Source: Fidelibacterota bacterium
GTDB taxonomy: Bacteria > Fidelibacterota > UBA8477 > JABMPR01
Assembly (NCBI GenBank): GCA_013202385.1
Contig: JABMOT010000158.1
Coordinates: 1-62,151 of the forward strand
Length of the DNA: 62,151 nt
Direction: 5' to 3'
Part shown: positions 54,421-62,151 of the stretch, one piece after another
How the letters are laid out: each line of letters begins with the position of its first letter
How positions within the stretch are numbered: position 1 is the first letter of the stretch
Made by a program: the position numbers and the translations under genes
The notes under the pieces: generated by a model
What the model saw: only the letters and a program-made list of their open reading frames with translations
Databases searched by the model: none
What the model was told of the DNA's origin: nothing

Positions 54421-56382
54421 TTGAAACGAATGATAATATTCTTGCTGATGGTCATCATAGTCATACCTGTGCATGCCTTCGTGCATGCCTCCGGTCAGAA
54501 TATTGTCGATGCGGATGGCATTCAGGTATTGCGAAAAGGAATGGGGTTGGGGGGCTGGCTGGTTCCCGAAGGATACATGTTGCATACACCAGGAATGGGT
54601 TCACCTACCAGCATCAGAGCACAGATCGTTGATGTTGTCGGTGAGTCTGTTGCTGATGAATTTTATGCGGCTTATCATGCAAATTATGTAACCAGAGCAG
54701 ATATTGCAGAGTTGGCTGAATGGGGCTTCGACCATGTCAGGATGCCATTTCACTATAATATGTTTTCGCCATACCGAGGTGTATGGAACGAATGGGGTTT
54801 TGAAGTAACCGATTCACTTGTCGCCTGGTGTTCCGCTGTTGGTATGCATGTTGTCCTGGATATGCATTGCGCCCCTGGTGGACAAAATGGGGGTCCCATC
54901 AGTGATAGTGATGGAACTGCTCGCCTGTGGCTGGCTGATACAAACAAAACACATACCATGATGATCTGGGAGGCGATTGCAACGCGATATGCCGATGAGC
55001 CCTGGATCGGTGGCTATGATCTTTTAAATGAACCAGTATTACCCGATGGTGTGACTAGCCAGGCATTTAAAAATTTGTATCTGGATATAGCCACCGTTAT
55101 CCGAGCTGTGGATAACAATCATATTCTATTCATTGAGGGGAATTGGTATGCCACAGATTTTACAGGTCTAACACCACCGTTTGATGATAATATGGCCTAT
55201 AGTTTCCACAAATATTGGAGCACAAATAACCTGGGGTCAATAGCTAGCTATTTGAGTATGCGTAACAATTTTAATGTGCCGTTGTGGATGAGTGAAACAG
55301 GTGAGAATTCCAATCCGTGGTTTCATGAAGCAGTCGAGCTCTTTGAAGCAACTAATGTGGGTTGGTGCTGGTGGACGACAAAAAAAATTGATACCATAAC
55401 CAGTCCCTATTCGATTCCCCGACCTGCAGCCTACGACCAATTGATCAGCTATTGGGACACAGGGCAAAATAAACCATCGGCATCAGTAGCTGAGGCAATC
55501 TTAATGGAACTGGCTGAAAATATTCGAACTGAGCACTGTAGCTTTCGTCCCGGTGTAGTGGCCTCACTATTCGACCCCGATTATGGGATTCAAAGCAAAC
55601 CTTTCAAAACTCTCAAAATTCCCGGTACAATTCTGTGTGCCGATTATGATATTGGTAACCAGGGAATTGCCTATAGCGATCTCGTTTATCAAACCGTTCA
55701 TTGGGATGATTACACTGCCTGGAATAATGGGTACCAATACCGAAATGATGGTGTAGACATCGAGCTGGATCCTCAAGGCACTCCAATTGTCGGCTGGACC
55801 AGCGATGGTGAATGGCTTAGATATTCATTTAGTGCCGAAGAAGGTGGTAGCTACAGTCTTGGACTTGAAGTTGCGAGTCTAACTTCCTCTGGATATGTAA
55901 GGCTTTATATTGATGGAGAACTGATTCGTAGCATAACTGAAACCCCTATTACCGGTGGGTGGCAGAACTGGTCGATCCTCCTGGTGGAAGATATTCCGAT
56001 TAGTATTGGGAGTCACAAGCTGACTCTGGAGATTCTCCAGGCTGGAATTAATCTGAGAACTATGGAATTTTCGCTTGATTCATCCGATACCGGCATTGAA
56101 ACAGCCAATAATTTTAGCCTGGGCCAGAACTACCCCAATCCATTTAATGGCGGGACAAAAATACAGGTGAGCACGCTGACCGACGAACCGTTGACTATTG
56201 AGATTCTTGACTTGAGCGGTTCCATAGTTAAAACATTCACAGTTGATAAACAGAGTGGCGTCAAATACCTTGATTGGAGTGGCATTGATGTTGATGGAAA
56301 ATTTGTTCCTGCTGGAGCATATTTGTATCGCGCACGCACTAGCAACGACCAATTGGTCAAAAAAATGATTTTTCTGCCCTAA
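54421..56382 (+). CDS. GH5 beta-glucanase + CBM6/35-like module + T9SS CTD
   Basis: 653 aa. TTG start, with an in-frame ATG at 54430. GH5 motifs: WGFDHVRMP, HCAPGGQN, DLLNEP, MSETGE. CBM6-like: IPGTILCADYDIGNQGIAYSD...GWTSDGEWLRYSF...GGWQNWS. CTD: YPNPFNGGTKIQVS...GAYLYRA...KKMIFLP. Confidence 0.8.
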   Translation: MKRMIIFLLMVIIVIPVHAFVHASGQNIVDADGIQVLRKGMGLGGWLVPEGYMLHTPGMGSPTSIRAQIVDVVGESVADEFYAAYHANYVTRADIAELAEWGFDHVRMPFHYNMFSPYRGVWNEWGFEVTDSLVAWCSAVGMHVVLDMHCAPGGQNGGPISDSDGTARLWLADTNKTHTMMIWEAIATRYADEPWIGGYDLLNEPVLPDGVTSQAFKNLYLDIATVIRAVDNNHILFIEGNWYATDFTGLTPPFDDNMAYSFHKYWSTNNLGSIASYLSMRNNFNVPLWMSETGENSNPWFHEAVELFEATNVGWCWWTTKKIDTITSPYSIPRPAAYDQLISYWDTGQNKPSASVAEAILMELAENIRTEHCSFRPGVVASLFDPDYGIQSKPFKTLKIPGTILCADYDIGNQGIAYSDLVYQTVHWDDYTAWNNGYQYRNDGVDIELDPQGTPIVGWTSDGEWLRYSFSAEEGGSYSLGLEVASLTSSGYVRLYIDGELIRSITETPITGGWQNWSILLVEDIPISIGSHKLTLEILQAGINLRTMEFSLDSSDTGIETANNFSLGQNYPNPFNGGTKIQVSTLTDEPLTIEILDLSGSIVKTFTVDKQSGVKYLDWSGIDVDGKFVPAGAYLYRARTSNDQLVKKMIFLP

Positions 56383-56514
56383 ATACTAGAATGCCAGGAG
56401 GATTTATCTCCAAGTTGTTGAGGATTCAAATAACTTGCGAAAGGATAAATCATTTCTAGCGTCAAAGGGTTATGTTGATGATGTCTATATGAGAAAAAGG
56501 TTACCGATAACGAG

Positions 56515-57561
56515 ATGAATGTAAGGCACACCAAAACGACAGCATATATGGGGATGGCTGCAGTGCTCTTGCTAATCCTGTTGTTTATTCCATTTTCCCA
56601 ACACGATACACTCAAAGCTGTCGTACTACCTGCGCTGGAATTCCAAATTCTCTCAATTGGAAGCGGAACCTACGCTACGGTGCTTACAGACAACTGGAGC
56701 AATCAAACGTTGACAACGCGGAGTTTCGTCCCGGATAGAGGCGGACTCATTCATTATGAAGCCAGACGTCTGCGTGGCGGAGGATTGGTCACCGTCGGGG
56801 ATACCCTTGCGGCGTTGTATTCGTCTACTGTCATGGACAAAATTGCTACACTTGAAGGGAATATCACCACTCTCCGAGCTTCTCTTGACTATGAACGTTC
56901 CGGTGCCAGAGATACTGAGATTGAAGCAGCCCGCCTGGGATTGGAATATGCCAAAACCAGACATGCAGAACAGCTGAAGGTCCTGGAAAGATCAAAAATT
57001 CTTCTGGAAAGAAACGTGATAACCCTGGCGGAATATGAAATTGATGAACGTCGTGAGCGGCTGGATGCCATCCGCGTCTCCATTGCCGAGGCCGATCTAG
57101 GTTCAGCTCTAACCGGAGCCCAATCCAGTAGGCTGGAGATCTTTCGATCCCAGATAGCAGATGAGGTTCGGAAATTAAATATCACCAAACAAGTTTTGGC
57201 AGAAATGACCCTAACAAGTCCCATTTCGGGACATCTCTTTTTTCCGCTGGATACAGATTCATTGCTCATGGTTGGTAACACAGATTCCATGGTGGTTATG
57301 CTCCCCATTCAAAAAGGATCCCAGGGCAGGGTAGATTGGGGTTCAAACCTCATTTTGAATGGCATCGATTTCCAAATCGAAGTACAGCCCCAACATATAT
57401 CACTTGAGAATCAGATCCTGAGATCGGGAAACAATCAGCTGGTACTGGCAAGAATATTGGTTGACAATTCAGCTCAGAAATTACGCCCGGGTCAGTTGCT
57501 CGAGACCACCATGCGTTATGAATCCAGAAGCGTTTTTCAAATTTTGAAGGATTTATTTTAG
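56515..57561 (+). CDS. HlyD-family membrane-fusion / periplasmic adaptor-like protein
   Basis: 348 aa. N-terminal TM AAVLLLILLFIPF. Long coiled-coil segment (LRASLDYERSGARDTEIEAARLGLEYAKTRHAEQLKVLERSKILLERNVITLAEYEIDERR). Beta-barrel-like C-terminus. No cognate ABC or RND pump gene is adjacent. Confidence 0.55.
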   Translation: MNVRHTKTTAYMGMAAVLLLILLFIPFSQHDTLKAVVLPALEFQILSIGSGTYATVLTDNWSNQTLTTRSFVPDRGGLIHYEARRLRGGGLVTVGDTLAALYSSTVMDKIATLEGNITTLRASLDYERSGARDTEIEAARLGLEYAKTRHAEQLKVLERSKILLERNVITLAEYEIDERRERLDAIRVSIAEADLGSALTGAQSSRLEIFRSQIADEVRKLNITKQVLAEMTLTSPISGHLFFPLDTDSLLMVGNTDSMVVMLPIQKGSQGRVDWGSNLILNGIDFQIEVQPQHISLENQILRSGNNQLVLARILVDNSAQKLRPGQLLETTMRYESRSVFQILKDLF

Positions 57562-57570
57562 GTCAGCATC

Positions 57571-58338
57571 ATGGCAGGCCGACGCGAAGATAAATACCTC
57601 ATCCCCATGTATTTCATGGATGCTATTCGTGAAGCAGTCGCTCCTTATGTCATCGCTGATAATCACAGAGCCTTGTTACACTCAAACGTATATGAGATTA
57701 GATCGATCTATTTTGATTCCTTTGATCTCAAGGACTACTACGAAAAACATGCCGGTCTGCAAATGCGCAAAAAGCTGCGGATGCGCGGGTATAATGAGTT
57801 GCAGGGTGATGCTGACGTGTTTCTGGAGATAAAATGGAAGAACAACATGTTTATCTCCAAGGATCGGACACCGGTCAAATTTAAGGATGTTGCCACGGTT
57901 TTGTTTGGAGGCGATCTGGATGTCTATTTTCCATATCGGAAAGATTTTCCAAATTCTCGGGAAAAAGCCAGCAAATTTCTGTTTTATTTGAAGCGCAGCT
58001 CAAGGGTCCCCATGAATCTGGTGACCTATACCAGAGAAGCTTTTATCGGGAAATTCAATCATCAGGACAGAATAACTTTTGACTCAAACATCCGATCCAT
58101 GATGTACCCCGGCCTGGATGATCTTTATGAAGAAAACAGGCTGAAGACTTTTCTGGATCGGGAATTTGTTCTGGAATACAAATCTGAAAACGCCGTCCCT
58201 GAGTGGTTCAAAAATATCATCAGAAAATTCAATTTGAGTAAACAGGCTTACTCAAAATATGTGAGAGGTATTGATGCGCACTATCGCCATATGGGTGATT
58301 GCAGCAAACATGAAATCATCTCCATGAGTCATTTTTAG
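57571..58338 (+). CDS. VTC-domain (polyphosphate-polymerase-like, triphosphate tunnel fold) protein
   Basis: 255 aa. N-terminal RREDKYLIP (E-x-K), IRSIYFDSFDL, FLEIKWK, RITFDSNIR. These resemble what I recall of bacterial VTC-domain proteins. Confidence 0.6.
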   Translation: MAGRREDKYLIPMYFMDAIREAVAPYVIADNHRALLHSNVYEIRSIYFDSFDLKDYYEKHAGLQMRKKLRMRGYNELQGDADVFLEIKWKNNMFISKDRTPVKFKDVATVLFGGDLDVYFPYRKDFPNSREKASKFLFYLKRSSRVPMNLVTYTREAFIGKFNHQDRITFDSNIRSMMYPGLDDLYEENRLKTFLDREFVLEYKSENAVPEWFKNIIRKFNLSKQAYSKYVRGIDAHYRHMGDCSKHEIISMSHF

Positions 58339-58349
58339 AAAGAATACAA

Positions 58350-59033
58350 ATGCAATTACAAGATTTACAATCACTCATGGACACGAACATCGCTACCAGG
58401 GATGTCTTATTCAGCCTGCTCGTCGCATTTCTATGTGGCTGGTTTATCGCTCAAACCTATAAGATTACTTTCGGTGGAGCCTCGTATTCAAAAAGTATTG
58501 CCAATGCTTTGGTCGTGCTTTCCATGATTACAGCTGTGGTTATCACTGTTATCGGGAATAACCTGGCCCGCGCTTTTGGACTGGTTGGAGCCATGTCCAT
58601 TATTCGTTTTCGAACTGCTGTTAAAGACCCCATGGATATCGTGTTCATTTTCTTCTCACTCTCCATTGGACTGGCTGCTGGTGTAGGATTAGCTCAAATT
58701 GCAATTATTGGAACGCTAAGCATCAGTGGGGTACTGCTGGTGATGAGCAAGCTGGGATATGGATCTACCCGATCCCAGGAAAATTTACTCCAGTTTGCTT
58801 ATGCGGGTGACCATAATGGGGGAGAACCCCCTTATCTTGAACTTGTTAAGTCCTATTGCAGAACATATTCCATGATCAATGTCCGTTCCCTGGGGAGCAG
58901 TAAGCAGTATGAGATATCCTATTATGTGACTTTGAGGGACGCAAATAAAGCAAATGAATTTGTTAAGGCTTTGGCAAGTATCAAGGATGTTGAAAATATT
59001 AATCTGTACTCGGATGAATCACTAACTCAATAA
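58350..59033 (+). CDS. DUF4956-family integral membrane protein
   Basis: 227 aa. Several TM segments and the conserved-looking AFGLVGAMSIIRFRTAVKDPMDIVFIFFSLSIGLAAGVG. It lies 11 nt downstream of the VTC gene. Confidence 0.55.
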   Translation: MQLQDLQSLMDTNIATRDVLFSLLVAFLCGWFIAQTYKITFGGASYSKSIANALVVLSMITAVVITVIGNNLARAFGLVGAMSIIRFRTAVKDPMDIVFIFFSLSIGLAAGVGLAQIAIIGTLSISGVLLVMSKLGYGSTRSQENLLQFAYAGDHNGGEPPYLELVKSYCRTYSMINVRSLGSSKQYEISYYVTLRDANKANEFVKALASIKDVENINLYSDESLTQ

Positions 59034-59132
59034 TTGCCAAGACGCTATTCTGTCTGTTGATTACTCGGGTTGATCTATACCAAAATGGATCATTTCAAAT
59101 TGGGTCAAAATGAGAACTTTAAGGAATAAGTC

Positions 59133-60962
59133 ATGCTCAGAGTAGTCGTTTTGCTGATCCTCAGCGCTTGCACATATGGAAATGATCTCCTGATCCAGAA
59201 TATACCCGGGCGTGCAGGTATGACGTTAAATGGTACCTGGAATTATATCGTCGATCCTTATGAGAACGGTTTCTACAATTATCGATACATACCATTTGAT
59301 AGCACCTCGAATCCAACGACGAGTCAGGGATATTTTGTCAATCAAAAGCCAGCTCATAAATCTGAACGAATCGAATATGATTTTGATAAATCGGATCGCA
59401 TTAACGTGCCCGGTGATTGGAATTATCAGAAAGAAAAACTTTATTACTATGAAGGCACCGTATGGTACAAGAAATCCTTCGATTATCAAAAAAGTCAGGC
59501 GGATCATCGTGTTTTCCTGACCTTTGGCGCGGCAAATTATCAGACCGATGTCTATGTAAATGCTCAAAAATTAGGGGCTCATAAGGGCGGCTTCACACCA
59601 TTTCACTATGAAATCACTGATATTCTTAAGGAAAAGGACAATTTTGTCGTTGTCAAAGTTGACAACAAGCGTCATCAAGATGAAGTTCCCACTGTAAACA
59701 CAGACTGGTGGAACTTTGGTGGAATAACCCGCGATGTGACCCTTGTGGAAATGCCTTCAACCTTTATTTCAGATTATTTCATCCAGCTCGAAAAAGGTTC
59801 TAAGAACAGGATAAAGGGATATATCCAGTTAAATGGTCCAAACAAGGCGGGCCAGGCAGTCACTTTGGAGATTAGCGGAACGCGTCTGAAACAAAAATTT
59901 AAGACCGATAACAGAGGCAGGGCAGTGGTTGATGTTTCTGTTAAAAAATTAAAGCTTTGGTCGCCAGATGATCCGTTTCTGTATGATGTTTCCCTCTCCA
60001 CAGATGAGGAGATAGTGCATGACCAGATCGGGTTTAGAACGATTGCCACAAAAGGGCAGAATATTTTGCTGAATGGTGAATCCATTTTCCTTCGGGGCAT
60101 ATCCATTCATGAAGAAAATCCCATTCGAGGGGGGCGAGCCTATAGTATGGACGATGCACGCCTGCTGCTCGGGTGGGCCAAAGAATTAGGCTGTAACTAT
60201 GTCCGTTTGGCTCACTATCCACACAATGAAAATATGGTTCGTCTGGCCGATGAAATGGGCATACTGGTCTGGGAGGAGAATCCGGTTTATTGGACCATAT
60301 CCTGGGAAAATAAAATGACCTATGCCACTGCACAGCAGCAACTTAGCGAACTTATATCACGTGACAAGAATCGAGCATCGGTTATCATCTGGTCCATGGC
60401 CAACGAGACACCGGTGAGTCAAGCTCGGATGGAATTTTTGGTCAATCTTCGAACCCACGCTCTCAGTATGGATGATACCCGGCTTATCAGCGCGGCTTTG
60501 GAAGTTCATGGTGAGGGTGAGGGTGGTTTGACCCGGAAGATCTCAGATCCCTTTGCTGAATATGTAGACGTATTGAGTTTCAACCAGTATGTCGGTTGGT
60601 ATGATGGATTGCCGGATAAATGTGATCAGATAAACTGGGCGATTGACCAGAATAAACCTGTGATCATATCTGAATTTGGTGGTGGCGCGCTTCAAGGACT
60701 CCACGGGGATAGTCTCACAATCTGGACTGAAGAATTTCAAGAATATCTCTATGAGGAATCGATTGAAATGCTTCGCCGTATTCCTCAACTCCGTGGCGCA
60801 ACACCATGGATTCTGGCTGATTTCCATTCCCCGCGTCGCGTGCTACCTGGAATCCAGGATGGCTGGAACCGCAAAGGGCTGATTGGTGACACAGGTGCGA
60901 AGAAAAAAGCGTTTTACGTATTGCAAAACTTTTATCTTGAAATCGCAAAAGAATTTAAATAA
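59133..60962 (+). CDS. GH2 glycoside hydrolase (beta-glucuronidase/beta-galactosidase-like architecture)
   Basis: 609 aa. Sugar-binding domain: WYKKSF, VFLTFGAANYQTDVYVNAQKLGAHKGGFTPFHYEITD, DWWNFGGITRDV. TIM barrel: NYVRLAHYPHNE, acid/base WSMANE, nucleophile IISEFGG. Confidence 0.8.
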   Translation: MLRVVVLLILSACTYGNDLLIQNIPGRAGMTLNGTWNYIVDPYENGFYNYRYIPFDSTSNPTTSQGYFVNQKPAHKSERIEYDFDKSDRINVPGDWNYQKEKLYYYEGTVWYKKSFDYQKSQADHRVFLTFGAANYQTDVYVNAQKLGAHKGGFTPFHYEITDILKEKDNFVVVKVDNKRHQDEVPTVNTDWWNFGGITRDVTLVEMPSTFISDYFIQLEKGSKNRIKGYIQLNGPNKAGQAVTLEISGTRLKQKFKTDNRGRAVVDVSVKKLKLWSPDDPFLYDVSLSTDEEIVHDQIGFRTIATKGQNILLNGESIFLRGISIHEENPIRGGRAYSMDDARLLLGWAKELGCNYVRLAHYPHNENMVRLADEMGILVWEENPVYWTISWENKMTYATAQQQLSELISRDKNRASVIIWSMANETPVSQARMEFLVNLRTHALSMDDTRLISAALEVHGEGEGGLTRKISDPFAEYVDVLSFNQYVGWYDGLPDKCDQINWAIDQNKPVIISEFGGGALQGLHGDSLTIWTEEFQEYLYEESIEMLRRIPQLRGATPWILADFHSPRRVLPGIQDGWNRKGLIGDTGAKKKAFYVLQNFYLEIAKEFK

Positions 60963-60993
60963 TAGATTCAAATGAATACAGGAGCAGACAGCT

Positions 60994-62151
60994 ATGACCC
61001 TTCATATTGTTGATGTTTCAATAATCGTCATCTATCTCGTTTCAGTGGTGCTTGTGGGTCTCTGGCTCAGAAGTCGGGCAGGAGCAGGGATGGATGCCTA
61101 TTTCCTCGGTGGCAGAAGCATCCCCTGGTATGTTTTAGGTATTTCCAATGCTTCAAGCATGTTTGATATCGCCGGTACCATGTGGCTGGTTTCCATGTTG
61201 TTCATATATGGCTTAAAAGGTACCTGGCTACCCTGGTTATGGCCAACATTTAACCAGATCTTCCTCATGGTGTATCTGGCGGTCTGGATCAGGCGAAGTG
61301 GTGTGGTGACTGGAGCAGAGTGGATTGGTACCAGATTTGGTAAGGGGCGCGGTGCAGAACTATCTAGAATTGCCATCGTTGTATTTGCACTTATCTCCGT
61401 CGTTAGTTTTTTGATTTATGCATATCAGGGTGTCGGCAGATTCGCAGCAGCTTTCCTGCCCTGGGACTGGACACCTGATACCTATGCCATCATTCTCATG
61501 GGTATCACCACTTTTTATGTGATTCTGGGTGGCATGTTCAGCGTGGTTATCACCGATGTGTTCCAATTCATCATGCTCACAATTGCTTCAATATTTATCG
61601 CAGTCATAGCCATGAGCAATATTGCTCCAGATGCGCTAAATGCTGTGATACCAGAGGGTTGGAGACAATTATTCTTTGGCTATCGTCTTGATCTTGATTG
61701 GTCTAACCTGATTCCCTCGGTGACCGAAAAAATCACTGCCGATGGCTACAGCATGTTTACCATTGTATGGATGATGATGTTATTCAAAGGCATCCTCACC
61801 AGCATGGCAGGAACCGCCCCCAATTATGATATGCAAAGAGTTCTGGCAACGAAAAGCCCGAGAGAATCCGCGCTCATGAGCAGCATGGTATCCGTGGCAC
61901 TTATCCCACGCTGGCTCATGATAGGTGGAATTGCCATCCTCGGTCTGGTATTTTTTAGCGGGGAGCTGCGCAACATGGCTGGTGGTGCAGATTTTGAAAT
62001 GCTCATGCCCTTTGTCATTCGTGAATTTTTCCCGGTTGGTGTGACTGGACTTGTTATCGCCGGTTTACTGGCTGCCTATATGAGCACTTTCGATTCCACA
62101 GTGAATGCCGGTGCTGCTTATCTGGTGAATGACATCTACAAACGCTACATC
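60994..62151 (+). CDS. Sodium:solute symporter family transporter, 3'-truncated by the window end
   Basis: Absent from the ORF track because no stop codon is reached. ATG 60994 follows a CAGGAGC RBS. 386 codons are open to the window edge. Motif YFLGGRSIPWYVLGISNASSMFD, multiple TM segments. Confidence 0.8.
   Translation, partial: MTLHIVDVSIIVIYLVSVVLVGLWLRSRAGAGMDAYFLGGRSIPWYVLGISNASSMFDIAGTMWLVSMLFIYGLKGTWLPWLWPTFNQIFLMVYLAVWIRRSGVVTGAEWIGTRFGKGRGAELSRIAIVVFALISVVSFLIYAYQGVGRFAAAFLPWDWTPDTYAIILMGITTFYVILGGMFSVVITDVFQFIMLTIASIFIAVIAMSNIAPDALNAVIPEGWRQLFFGYRLDLDWSNLIPSVTEKITADGYSMFTIVWMMMLFKGILTSMAGTAPNYDMQRVLATKSPRESALMSSMVSVALIPRWLMIGGIAILGLVFFSGELRNMAGGADFEMLMPFVIREFFPVGVTGLVIAGLLAAYMSTFDSTVNAGAAYLVNDIYKRYI

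Noticed and set aside
1-62151. Mobile genetic elements (transposases, integrases, phage genes) and rRNA or complete tRNA genes
   Set aside because: No ORF shows DDE, tyrosine- or serine-recombinase or phage structural motifs, and no rRNA-like or complete cloverleaf sequence was recognised. Only the orphan tRNA 3' half hints at past mobility.

Overview
This window looks like a densely packed beta-glucan utilisation region from a diderm bacterium that has a type IX secretion system (T9SS). The likely source is an FCB-superphylum lineage outside the classical SusC/SusD Bacteroidia, but taxonomy is only an inference. I found no rRNA gene, CRISPR array, transposase or integrase.

Layout:
- 1-7336 (+): tail of a GH94-type phosphorylase, two GH144-superfamily (alpha/alpha)6 proteins, and a CUT1 sugar ABC importer (binding protein plus two permeases, no ATPase).
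- 7337-8846: AT-rich, gene-poor spacer holding a tRNA-Met-like 3' half, a strong terminator and a 36-codon hydrophobic ORF.
- 8847-14304 (+): aldo/keto reductase, a CotH-domain T9SS cargo protein, and a GH5-Ig-CBM9-like enzyme.
- 14593-33099 (-): nine tightly spaced genes (GH3, a clan GH-A hydrolase, a GPH/MFS transporter with a large inserted domain, GH30, a 1109-aa candidate beta-1,3-glucan phosphorylase, GH17, a tandem-duplicated binding-module protein, an LTD-CotH-LTD protein, GH5). A near-consensus sigma-54 promoter precedes them.
- 33485-37770 (+), divergent: a membrane-anchored solute-binding protein, a histidine kinase and a sigma-54 enhancer-binding response regulator.
- 38095-56382 (+): SSF symporter, large multi-module T9SS cargo, TonB-dependent receptor, 1181-aa secreted protein, PorV/PorQ-like barrel, SurA-like lipoprotein, two GH16 enzymes, GH5-CBM6.
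- 56515-62151 (+): HlyD-like adaptor, VTC-domain protein, DUF4956 membrane protein, GH2, and a second SSF symporter cut off by the window end.

All family calls come from motif recognition by eye. No database search was run.
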